A stretch of 64,000 bases of DNA from Diplonema japonicum (lineage: Eukaryota; Protista; Euglenozoa: Diplonemea), in contig OZ025687.1 in assembly GCA_964019335.1 (NCBI GenBank), forward strand, positions 186,001-250,000, given 5' to 3'. Below are positions 23,501 to 33,699 of this stretch, piece by piece. The first letter of the stretch is position 1. Each line of letters opens with the position of its first letter. The notes under the pieces are model-generated. The model saw only the letters and a program-made list of their open reading frames with translations, searched no databases and had not been told where the DNA came from. A program made the translations under genes and the position numbers.

Positions 23501-25886
23501 TGGGCTGGATGTTGAGTTGTGGTGTGACAGACTTCAATATGTCAAAAGCGGTGCCCGTCGTATTGCCGACATCAGCAGCAGGGTACCTGCGGATCAGACC
23601 AAATGAAATGCCCTCAGGCAGCCCTTGATCTTGCAGGGCATGCCATTCGTCCAGCATTTGCCTTATTAGGTCTACCTCTTCTTCTATCGCCTGGTCCCTT
23701 AGTCGCCTTGCGTCGTGAAGACTCCGCAGTACATCGGGTTCAACCTCGTGCTCCCGCATCACAGCCTCCAGCTCCTGAATGGCTTTTGGCAGCTGCAGCA
23801 CTCCCTGCACTTCGCTTCTGGTGTTCAGCAGATGTGACTGCAACGATGTAATGGTGTTGGGGCCGATGGCACCGTCAATAGCATGACGGGTAAAAGAGTG
23901 CAGCCCAAGGACTATTTGCAGTGCCTTGCGATCGTCGAGGCTGAAGGTCAGCATGCCGTCCAGAGGTTCTGTCCAGAAGTCCCGTGGCAAGTCGCCAGGG
24001 AGCTCTTGGTCAGGGAAGTTACGCATGAATGTGGTGCCCTCTAGCACAAGCCAGTGTTTCAAGGATATGAGTACGTTAGAAGGCAGGTCTGTGAAGCTGT
24101 CATCACACGTGTCAGGGACCCACGTGACTGCATCTTCATAAGGGTGCGGAGTTGCTGCAAACAAAAAATCTGTGAGCGCTGCAAGCGTTCTCTTCCCAAA
24201 GTCTCCATCCTCCACGTGCGGCTCCGACCAGATCTCATCAACAACCAAACCTGCCTTGCGCACTGCCTCGCCGTGAACTCCACTGACAGCAGATTTCACC
24301 ATGTGCTTGATGAAGTCTTCTACCTTCCGCTCTGCAACTCTGCGTGACGGGTGCGGTGGGGCAAGCGGGGACTCGCTCGGCACAGGCTGTTTTGTGAGTT
24401 TGTGGAACTCACGGAACATCTGAGCGAGTGCCGCTACTCTCCTGTTGACTATTGTGAACTGCGGGTGCTCCACAAAGGAGACCTTGCTGATGTGCACGTC
24501 AAGCTGATATGTGTCCATCCCGCCACGGCTAGGACCTTCCTTGTTGGGTACAGCTACGTAGAGCCGTGATGACCACGGCTTGGGACCCGTCAAGGTACTG
24601 ACATCAAAGGGACCCACAACGTGCTCAGACAGCGGGTCGACAGTGCTTCGCAGAAGCCCCGTCTCAGGATCGATGTACTTGGAAATTGGGGTATCGGTGC
24701 CTGCAGCTGCAAAAAGGCGCTGCTCTAGGGAAGATGAGAGGTGCTTGAGGATGGTGGGCTGCTTGACCTCATGCTGCCCGTCGCTACCGGCTAGGAGGTA
24801 GTCAACAGGCACGCAGCAGGGTATCTTGTCTTTTGTGAACAGTGACTCTGCTTTCTCCCAGAACCCCGTGATGGCGTCCGTGTGGAGGATGGAGGCACGC
24901 TCTCGTATGGCTTGTGCCAATGCAGCAGGCGGGGGTTTTTCAACAGCAGCTTCTTGTGGGGCTTGGCCCTCCTCTTGTATCTCGATTCTTGGCGGTGCCT
25001 CTTCTTCGTTATGCATCCTCGGCATGGGGGATTCCTTCACCTTAGCCAAGTCTGTGAAGGACTGCAACATGTTGTCGAACAGCCCGTACCCCAGCCCGTG
25101 GCTTTCCCTCCCAAGCTCTGCAGCAGCATCCTTCAAAGACAGCGCTGCAAGCGCGGCACCCGTCGGTTTTGTCACACCGAAGGTCATGCTGGGCTCGATG
25201 CGGTCTTCCAGTAGTGTATGCACAACAACGGTGCCCCCTGTCATGCTCCTCGAGCTGTGCAGTCCCCCCATCCCGTAAGGGCAGCTTGCGTTGCACAGCA
25301 AGTGTTGCGGGTCGAAGTTCTTACGCATGACGTGGATGGCAACGTTGCTTGACTTGAGCTTGAAGTATTGCACCGTGTCAAGAATGCGTTGGACGTAGTA
25401 AGGGGTCTGGTAAGTGATGCCCTTGCTGAGCTCTATGCGGGGGTGCGTCTGCCACATCCAGGAACGGACGGTGCGCTCTTTTCCGCATGTGTTGCACGCC
25501 ACATGACACTCCATGTCTTCTGTGTTCAGCATTTGCAGGTGGTTGCAGCTCAGGCACACTGCGTCTGAGTATTCAGCGCCATCGAGGACGCTCTCCTCGC
25601 TTTTTGCCGACAGCAGCGCTTCGCTCTCCCTGTCGCCCAGCTCGTAGTCGATGATCTGTTGTGTCTCTGTTGAGATCTGTACCAACGTGTCGGGTGCACC
25701 GAGCCTGCCTTGTGCCTGCCCTTGCCTGTCCCCCCATCGCCCCCTCAAGCTGCTCCCTAGCACTGGTGACACAACGTCAGGGCCTTCTTGGTCGGGGTGT
25801 GTTGCTGGTGCTGTAACAGGCGGCTCATCTGTCGATAGCTGCGATGGTTGTGATGGTGCTTGGGGCTCCCGCCCCCATCTACTCAT
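20541..25886 (-). CDS. CC2D2A: Coiled-coil and C2 domain protein 2A (MKS6)-like transition zone protein
   Basis: About 1780 aa single exon. Contains FFQPISKLRPYR, a C2 domain (LLVYIKSGSNLPVR...KFLGSCEIPFATVY), transglutaminase-like GAGDYDEHSSLLANYF, and C-terminal SVWVYVAVL. Confidence 0.85.
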   Translation of the reverse strand: MSRWGREPQAPSQPSQLSTDEPPVTAPATHPDQEGPDVVSPVLGSSLRGRWGDRQGQAQGRLGAPDTLVQISTETQQIIDYELGDRESEALLSAKSEESVLDGAEYSDAVCLSCNHLQMLNTEDMECHVACNTCGKERTVRSWMWQTHPRIELSKGITYQTPYYVQRILDTVQYFKLKSSNVAIHVMRKNFDPQHLLCNASCPYGMGGLHSSRSMTGGTVVVHTLLEDRIEPSMTFGVTKPTGAALAALSLKDAAAELGRESHGLGYGLFDNMLQSFTDLAKVKESPMPRMHNEEEAPPRIEIQEEGQAPQEAAVEKPPPAALAQAIRERASILHTDAITGFWEKAESLFTKDKIPCCVPVDYLLAGSDGQHEVKQPTILKHLSSSLEQRLFAAAGTDTPISKYIDPETGLLRSTVDPLSEHVVGPFDVSTLTGPKPWSSRLYVAVPNKEGPSRGGMDTYQLDVHISKVSFVEHPQFTIVNRRVAALAQMFREFHKLTKQPVPSESPLAPPHPSRRVAERKVEDFIKHMVKSAVSGVHGEAVRKAGLVVDEIWSEPHVEDGDFGKRTLAALTDFLFAATPHPYEDAVTWVPDTCDDSFTDLPSNVLISLKHWLVLEGTTFMRNFPDQELPGDLPRDFWTEPLDGMLTFSLDDRKALQIVLGLHSFTRHAIDGAIGPNTITSLQSHLLNTRSEVQGVLQLPKAIQELEAVMREHEVEPDVLRSLHDARRLRDQAIEEEVDLIRQMLDEWHALQDQGLPEGISFGLIRRYPAADVGNTTGTAFDILKSVTPQLNIQPSKELHDKLLYKCMLFVRLKDGDGRGRLAAKTEWKPMGKDFNVDFNSLVRLHLAKEPEALLIQVIQRGRGLTRSFSCGYVTVTPPFGASPFEPGAAQSSRNIAWHPFSSDVQTAGCMLVEAFWSQHEKGFPSRAPLPIINNTQLMDLKEVTKEVVAGRMDPNDPVHQPLIKRLAVRHGAALTRSKRRMVAQEQDGPLASVLLPPPHITPRQGFMDRTKLLKRRWKLIESKAPIADRQDRLLAGSRSLPVPRLPQEKDWERDPEESESDDEKNVLSTEAWQAKIRKAKALLAKKGTMRDNELLNEMVTQPIDEVQRNIFDVLIDFFQPISKLRPYRRFIDETVAEMSGEKPTLLVYIKSGSNLPVRCSAHLSEGKKSVRLAKPRGSGFGSVGLGLEESKDEKKEADVDLDVFAEVRFGVSNPKKSRSAVGPDPLFFETVKLNLPDDLKTETLAVMNDPIEVRLFDKVKSHRLGNDLHEQAEGKTVNYYEMKKFLGSCEIPFATVYNSTRSTWEGTLRLQAPAVSLAYAQQSDLPSSQEQAMNNFSTLSLYITLSPGSAPRSISDSFDALHSNEPVQLFWHAQRWLARCRSTVKNVAPSGHARMERIMALVHSTDKRATLISRYVRQDGLVPPQELLENSEIPPEFTISRFVSIIPFLETVVVRDDDTGTCWSTSLEFLETGAGDYDEHSSLLANYFQWLCHPPFRRFSEVWVVLGSTDKHLKASFVLTIDAINPDAYFLWDPVTGDRYSLHSNKCPLKDISVVYNHTNILCNVQATSLPRRMEWNLFAGRSWRPLFLDMNSVPKESCQASIGTYLPIAEEKEVRIQVLLTDELKSQMKELRSPVKNMLTTFRNLLDIHGRKVLDHVLLPAMEQAYTEGYDRGRGEGDGSEAWLAAKHTEILDYHRTSLREALSSYEMHGFPFHFPWSDFATIKRAIAHTAIHSTDPADPNVEFAIGVYTKGFFSCGNNDYLSVWVYVAVLKRSLARWP

Positions 25887-26237
25887 GTTACCTGGTTGCT
25901 GTGGTTGGCGGTGTTGAAAAAAAAGGGGAGGGACAAAGCGCCGGAAAGGCTTCCACAAGGTATGCGAACACGTGCGGCATCCTTTGCGAGGCAAATGCCC
26001 GCGGCATACAAAGGAAAAGAGTGGGCTAGAAACCTGGGCAACGTTCTTACGGAAGTCCCCCCCCCCGTTCAAACTTTATCGGCTGTATAAATACAATAAA
26101 AAACTTGTTGTAAAAGAAGGGGGGGGGGGGGGGAAACAAAGAGTTTTGTTCAAACCCGGCAACTGCTCTTTTTTGTACAACACAAAAAAAAAAAGAGAGA
26201 AAGGAAAAATCTTCTTTTTCTCTTCCCGTCCACATTA

Positions 26238-26801
26238 TCATCGCCGGATACCACCCGGTATGTGTCCGCTGTAGCCAGGAACGTGTCGGGAAGAAGGGAA
26301 GGTGCCTTGAAAGATCGCAAGATCCTTGCAATCGGCTTTAGTTTGCGCGTAGCCGTCAGGGTGATGGGCAAGGGACTTGTGGAGGACCGTGGCGGTGTGC
26401 TTTATATTCGGCTTGTTCGACATTGACAGTGATGCGTTGACCTTGTCTTGCCGCAGGCTGCTGTAGGCAGTGTCCCCAACGAGCTTCAACTGCGATTTCT
26501 TCGTCTCGTCTATTTCGTCCTCCACTGGCGCCTTGAACAGCCCTTTCGCATTCTTACATGGTGGGCCCTCTTTCAGCCTCTGGTTGCCGGTAAACCCTTC
26601 ACCGCTCTTCATGGGGGGTCGTCCCCATAATGTTACATGGCTCTCCTCCTTTGAGTGTACCTTCCCGGTCTGTTTGCCAAACATCTTCCTGCCGTGGTGT
26701 GCGGTCCACCCCTCCGGTCGGTGGCCTTGGTACCCAGGGATGTGATGGAAATCATTTGGGTTGCATGAGGTTGGCTTGTTCTCCAGGCCTCCTCCACGCT
26801 G

Positions 26802-26838
<37 letters not shown>

Positions 26839-27084
26839 CATACATCTGTTTTTGGTGCGAGGGCACCGTAGAGTTCGCCGTCGCCTTCAGTGGGCTGGTA
26901 AACGTGAGCAGCACCTCCTCCTTTATACCTCAATGAGCCGTGGTTTATCTGCCGGGTATGGTAAAGTAATGGAAAGGGGGAAACAAACCTTTGGGAGCAA
27001 TCTTGGAGGGGGCGAGGACACACCAAATTTTCCAGTTTTCACATGGCTCTGTACATTGCGTGATCCGGCAACCAAAGGAGGCAT
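26238..27084 (-). CDS. FAM166/CIMIP2-like microtubule inner protein with PGY-G motifs
   Basis: Three exons (introns about 26949-26988 and 26799-26843). Motifs HIPGYQGHRP and HVPGYSGHIPG. Confidence 0.6.
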
Positions 27085-28891
27085 ACCCACCCGCAACCCA
27101 ACCCCCCCTTTTTTTATTTTTTTTATTTTTATTTTGTATCCCGTGACAAAAAAAAAAAGGAAAAAGAAAGAATGGGAAAAAAAAGAGAAAAAAAAAGAGA
27201 AATTTACAAATGGAAGGGTAAGGTGAAATAAAAGATAAAAAAAAAATGAAAAGAAAAGATTTTTTTTTTTAAAAAAATTGAACTCATAAAAGCTTTTTTT
27301 TTTTTAGGAGACAAAAAAAAGATTTAAAGAAACTGTATTCGCTTCAACCGGAAAAAAAAAAAAAAAAAAAACCTTAATGTGTGTGTTATGTGGTGTGGGT
27401 AGGACCTTTTCCCGCATGGTAGCAAGTAGGCCAGTGAAGCATGCTCCTTTCTTTTCTCTTCTCTCGGTTCTTTTTTTTTTTGAGTTGTTTTCAAACTGCA
27501 CCTAATGTCCTAGGTAGGTCATTGAGAGGAAATCTTATTCGGAAAGTAGAGGGACCGCCCCCTTCCCTTTCTTTATGACTCTTATTTCTTTTTTTCTTTT
27601 TTTTAAATTTTTATTTTCTTTTCTCAGAAGGGAGAAAAGAAAAAAAAAAAAAAAAAAGAGTCGGTTTATTGTTGTTTGTGCACAGCCGGGGGTTAACCTG
27701 TAGAAGGATAAGCCCGACAATGCTACCACTTCTCTTTTAGCAATAACAATTCATTATCAATATATTTATTGTTTTTCTTGTTCATGCGAAGAAAAAAAAA
27801 GAAGAAAAAAGCAAACATATCTTTGGTAGGGAAATCGGTAATGATTTCTGCCATCGTCAAAACCTTCAACTTCTTTTAAAAAAAAAAAAAAAAGTAAGGA
27901 AGGTCCTGAACAGATACAGTTCTACTCAAGAATTTATATTCAAAAAATAACATTAATTTTCTTTTCCCTCTTCCCCCCTGTTCCCCTAAAGAGTTTTGTA
28001 GCGTGAGGAAAAAAGAAGAAGAAAAAGGGGGAGGGGTGAAGAAAAAAAAGAAAGAAAAAAGAATGGTATGAGACAGGGGGGGGGGGGAGCCGTGAGATCG
28101 CCATCAAACAAATATTTAAAAATAAAAAAGCAGCCCAACGTCACCAGAAAAAGAGGGGTCTTCAGCAAGTTACTTCTCATAAAGGTTTCGCGCTCACCAG
28201 AGTGGGGGGGGGGAATAAAATGAATTTCTTAAAAAAAATTAAATAAAGGGGGGAAGAAAAAGAGGGAGGGAAAAAAAAAAAAAAAAAAAAAAAAGCGGGC
28301 TAATAGAAAAAAAAAAGGGGGTGTTGAAGGACTGATTTTCTTTTTTTATTTTTTATTTTACAAAAAAAGAAAAAAAAGCAGGAAGGGAGCCATAAATAAA
28401 AAAAACTGACTTTTATTCTCCCCGTACGTGTTCACAGATGTGTATGACTCAGCAGTAAAGCAGCAAAGAAGAAAAAAGAAAAAGAAAAAGAAATGGCAAT
28501 AAGTGAACACTGAAGGGGAGGGAGGGGGGATGGAGGGCGGGGCAAGGTAGAATCAAAGGATTTTTCTTTTTTTTTTTTGGGAGTGGGGGTCGAAAAAAAT
28601 TTTCCAGCACATGTTTTTTTTTTGTTTTGTTTGAAAAGACTTTTTAAACCCCACTGGCATGGCCACTTTCACCAATAGTTCATTTTTCTCTCCTTTCCTC
28701 TTTTTAGTCTTTTTTTTCTTCTTCTTCTTCCTTTTCTGCCAAAATCAAGTCCCTTGATTTTTTTCTTCTTCTTTTTTTTTTTTCTTCCCATCTACTTCAG
28801 AATACACTCACAAATACCCCATTAGCATAAAAGTTGAGATTTCTTTTAAAGTTTTCGCATTTTTCCTTAAGGCAGAAACAAATCAAGGAAC

Positions 28892-28947
<56 letters not shown>

Positions 28948-28949
28948 AT

Positions 28950-30110
28950 TCTTTTAAGGTATGCGTTTTTGCGCTCACCGGCCGCGCTTAGTCCCCGTTG
29001 TCCCCGTTATGGGGGGTTCCTACTGCGGTGGTAAAACTGCGGGGCAGCCTTGTCGGGGTCTGCGACAGGTACGTGTCACGCAAGCCTTCGATGCTGCTCA
29101 TGGTTCGCTCCGGGAGTACTGGCCTCCTGTCATACCCGTGTGTGGTCGGTCCTCCTATACAGCGCAGGGAGTTGACGCGATCCACCCGCGCTGCTGGGAA
29201 CGCCGTCCTTCTGCCATCAGCGTGGTACAGGTCCTACACGTCTCAGCACAGCCTCCTTGCCTTGACGCCCAGGTCCTCCGCCTTGCCCACTTCCCCGCCG
29301 TCGTCTAGCGGCAGCTCCATCTCCCGCTCGAAGTCGAGGGCAAGCTCCAGCGTCGTAACCGTCGTGTGCCGTCCAGGGGCGTCATCCCACAGCAAGCCAC
29401 TCAGCCACCTCAGCACCGGCCCCAGCAGCCTGTCCATCACCTTCCCCGATGCTCCCAGCCCACGTAATTCGGCCACCGTCGGCGTCGGGTGTGCCCTTCC
29501 CGTCACGACCACCCGCCACGGGTATGTCTGCGTCTGCAATGCGCGGTTCGCTTCCACCGCCGCATCCCTCAGCGTGACCACCTCCAGCAGGTACTATTTG
29601 CACCAACAGGGCCCTCGGCTTGTCTTGGCATCCCCTGGGCACTATCCCGTGGAGCGCCGTCGCGTTCGGCATGGTCGAGGCTCGCATACTCTGGCCCCGC
29701 ACCGCATCTCCGAGTTCGCATCGCCAGAGGGCGTGCTCCAGCACCTCGGTGTAGCTGCCGTAACGCTCCCCACACACGTCACAGAGGTGCTGCAGCGGGT
29801 TGTCCGGCCCCTCCGCCACTCCCCGCACCGCAGGGTACACCGCAAACACCGCCCCAGCAATCAGTCTCCTCAACCTGTACGCCGCCACCGGGTTGTTCGC
29901 GAGCGCCCTCTACCACCCGTTCGTGACCGGGTCGGCCCCCTCCGGCATGCCTCTGTAGGAGGTCCTCCCTTCTGCTTGTTCCGCTGCTGTCCATCACCAC
30001 CGAGATCGGGCACCCCTGCAAAATGCCGTTCGACGTGGCGAACTCGTCACCCACCCCTGTCGGGTACTTGAACCTCCGCCTGAGGGACTCGTACATCGTC
30101 GTCAGCGGCC

Positions 30111-30112
<2 letters not shown>
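28950..30112 (-). mobile_element. Degenerate, 5'-truncated and internally deleted non-LTR retrotransposon related to 33700-37551
   Basis: RT fragment MYESLRRRFKYPTGVGDEFATSNGILQGCPISV is joined at about 29990 to the C-terminal region (RLRRLIAGAVF, CDVC...EHALWRC, GGPTTHGYDRRP). Contains a stop and frameshifts. Confidence 0.9.
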
Positions 30113-30149
<37 letters not shown>

Positions 30150-30550
30150 AGAGAGGGATACTCAATAAGAATAAAGAGGTGCCCCATGCACATATAAGGA
30201 ACAAGGAGGATGCGGAGAGAAAAGGAGATAGCCTTACCCCTTTGGTATTCTTCTTTTTTTTTTCTTTTTCTCGTGTAGGTCATTCTTTCTTCTTCTTTTT
30301 TTTTGATTATTTGATCATTGAATAGAAAATATTTTGCTGTTTTTTTTTTTTGGTGTTGGGTTCCCCCCCCTCCCCTCCCCCTTCACTTTAAAAAAAAAAA
30401 AAATCGCACGAGTTCAGTTTTTCTTTTTTTTTTTCTTCTTTTTTTTTTTATTTCCCAGATTTTCCGTTAATTTTGCGACCCTCAGCTTCGAGCATGCCCT
30501 GTACAATTTATTTTTTTCATTTTTTTTTTTTTTTTTTTTTTTTTTTCCCC

Positions 30551-31719
30551 TCATACCTTCAGTGCATTTAAGCTAGCAGGAGAACTGTCATTTACAACCT
30601 TAGGTGAGTGGGAAGGCTCAGCAGAAGGACAGGGAGGTGACGCCTGTCTTGGGGAAAGCAACCCTGGGATGAACTTTTGATGTTGTGCCCCAATCGGCGA
30701 GTCAGCCCAGGTCGGGCTCATAGTGTCCCCCACCGCTTCTGTTACTGAATCAACAGCTTTTTGTTTCACAGCATCAACATCAATGGGGACAGGCCGCTTC
30801 CTGCCAGCTTGCTGTTGCTTGTCGTCCACGGCGTGTTCCCCTGTCCAAGGGTGTTTCAGAAGCTCATCGAGGCTGAGCCTCTTCGCTGGCTCTACAATAA
30901 TAACGGACGTAATAAGGTCCTTGATCTCAGGGGTGAGGTGCTGCGGGAACTTATTTATCTTCCCCTTTTTAATATCCTGTTGGATCTGCGACTCTGTGTA
31001 CCCTTTACTCCCAAAGGGGAACTTCCCAGTGCACATCACGAACACGACAACACCAATGGACCACAGATCCGCTTTGAAGGCATTGTATGGACCACCGAGA
31101 ACCTCAGGTGCTGCATACGAAAGCGTTCCTTTTTTTTTTTTTTTTTTTTTTTTGTTTGTTTTGTTAAATTCTAAAAAAAATAAAAACACATACCAACCGC
31201 GTCTGTTGAAAGATCGGATGGGTCGGATATTTCGCCTCTCCCGCGGTGAAGGCGTGACAGCCCGAAATCAGCAACTTTCAGTACACCATCGACAGATATT
31301 AAACAGTTTTCAGGTTTGATGTCTCTGTGCGCGACGCCTGCTTGGTGGCACGCAGAAAGCCCGGTGCAGAGGTTTGCGAAATATTTCTTGCCTTGTTCTT
31401 CGCTTAGCTTTCCTGCTGACATTATGTGATCGCAGAGGTCGCCACCTCGAACTGATTCTAGGACTATGTAGTAGTGCTTACTGCTCTCCATCACTTCATA
31501 CATTCTGACTATATTCACGTGGTCTAAGAGCTTCATGATGCTGATTTCCAGCCTTACTTCCTGTTCAACGTTCTTTCTTTGTTTGTCGCCTGACGAAGAA
31601 CGCTTGTCGATTATCTTAAGCACGTATTCCTCGTCCGTTTCCATGTGGACCGCGACCTTCACCTTGCTGAAGGCACCCCTCCCCACCGTTTTCCCCAGTT
31701 CATATTTGCCAACTCGCAT
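30551..31719 (-). CDS. Ser/Thr protein kinase, CAMK group (SNF1/CIPK-like)
   Basis: MRVGKYELGKTVGRGAFSKVK, HRDIKPEN, DFG, GTLSYAAPE, DLWSIG. Intron 31129-31192. A further 3' exon is possible (ends AAG|GTATGA). Confidence 0.92.
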
Positions 31720-32956
31720 TGTGGTTCTTTTTTTTTTTTTTCTTCTTCTTTTTTTTTTTGTCTTTTTTCGGCCCCCCTCCCCCGCCTTCCTGTTTTTCTT
31801 TTGCGTGTTTCTTGCGGGTAATAAAAAAAAGGGGGTGGTTGTTTGTTGGGGCAAATAAAGTAACTTTTCTTTTTTTTTTTTTTTCTTAATTTGACCCTCC
31901 TTTTTTTTTTTTATCCAACATTCTTTTCATTGTACAAACAAATAAATAAATAAAAAGAGGAGAATAAAAAAAAAACCGACCTCCGAGTTTTTTCAAAGAA
32001 GGTGTAAACACACGTCGTGGGGGGGGGGGGGGGGGGGGCACAGCATTTTTTCTTTTACCCACTCCCCTCCCATTGAGGGGTGAGTTATGTTATTGTACTG
32101 TTGAGGGGGGTACTTTACTTTTTAAAAAAAAAAAAGTAAAAAAAAAAAGTAAAAAAGAGAGAGAGAAAGTTCGGGAAATGGGAAGATGAACAAGTAAAAA
32201 AAAAAACAAACTCATAGTAAAAGACAACCCCACTGGAGGACAGCCTCTTGTGGTCTGAGTTCCTATCTATTAATGCTCCCCTTCTGGAGCATAGCCTTCG
32301 TTCCTATTGCCGCCTTTAAAAAAAAAAAAAGGAAATTCATTTTTAAAAAGAGGGGACCACGGGGCTGCATGGGGGATGACACAATGACTGCTCGCTTTCG
32401 ACCACTCTCACTAAAAACTAGATTTTTTTTTTATCGCAAAGCCTCGCCTGACTTGAATTGACACCGAATTCACACCATCATGAAAATAGAGGACAGGACT
32501 ACAGCTTTGCTGTGACTCGTGACTAGGATGACTTGTAAAGTCCACCGTCGATATATTCAGTCCATTCTGGCCAACGCCTCCTTCCCTTTCTATTCTATGG
32601 TAGATAAAAGGGATAAGGAAAATGGGTCAAAAAAGAAACTTTTTTTTTTATTCTCCACTCTAAGTGAAAATGGATCAAAAAAAAAAAAAAAAAAAGGAAA
32701 ACGGAGGATAGACCATTAATAACAAAACAAAAAAAAATGAAGGGAAGACGAAGGGGAACGGTGGGGGATGGGATGGTAATTATATACATTCGTGTTTCTC
32801 ACATTCTGCTTTTTTTTTTTTTTTTTCTCTCTTTTTTTTTTTTTTTTTTCCCTATTTCCATGCCTACTTGCTTCTTCTCTTCTTTTCCATTGACCTCCCA
32901 GGGAAACACAAATAAATCTGTTACCCAAACGCAAAAAAACAAAAACAATAGCTATT

Positions 32957-33676
32957 TATTAAGTGAAAATAAGATAGCATTATTTCACGCGTGGTGACAG
33001 GGGGTTTAACGAGTAGGGATCTTTGTTCACTCGCTTCCCTCGTGAACTAATATCCTGTTTACTTCACGAGCGCAGCGAGTGAAGTAAAAAGCTACGAGTT
33101 AAACCTGCCACCACAAGTGGAATAATGCTCTTATTTTCACTAATACGTTATTTTATTTAACAAGAGCCGGGTTTGAAAGGGTGGGAGGTTACAGGGTTAC
33201 AAGTGAAAAGTGGGATTTGGGTTACAGGGTGTGGGATACACCGTCGCTAAATTTCAGTTTGTGCGACTCTTTGTCCTCATCCCGCTTGCAAACATGCAAG
33301 CTGCATATGCCTGACGCACTATGTTAGGGGTCGCTGAATTCCATTCAGATACTCTTTCATTTGTTCCAGGCTAAACACCGAAGCTTTTTTTCACCTCATG
33401 GCCTTCTTCAAAAGAAGCAACCCGGGGAAAGCTCTGCATTTTTTTACCGAAGTTTCTTTGGATGATGGCGTTGATCTTGCTGTAACTTGCCCTAAACCTA
33501 GGTGGAATAGGTGAAATTAGGCCCAGGAGTGAAATAATGTTACATTATTTCACGCTCAAACATTATTTCACTCCTGGGCCTAATTTCAAGGTAAACTGGG
33601 AGTGAAAATAAAGCTGGGAGTGACATAAAGTAAAATCTTATTTTCACTCCCACCCTTGAAAACCCGGCTCGAGTTA
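32957..33676. mobile_element. Non-autonomous foldback/MITE-like element with nested inverted repeats
   Basis: About 190-bp imperfect palindrome 32957-33145. Inverted repeats 33158-33187/33647-33676. Perfect 30-bp inverted repeat 33512-33541/33559-33588. Recurrent GTGAAA(A)TAA motif. Confidence 0.65.
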
Positions 33677-33699
33677 TATAAAAAAAAAATTTGATAAAT

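Noticed and set aside
28998-30071. Long plus-strand ORFs (this 357-aa one, 59849-60799, 35617-36417 and others)
   Set aside because: Antisense shadows of GC-rich minus-strand coding or LINE sequence with no recognisable motifs.
33186-33240. GGGTTAC-like repeats as telomeric sequence
   Set aside because: Few, degenerate, not TTAGGG arrays, and internal to the MITE-like element.
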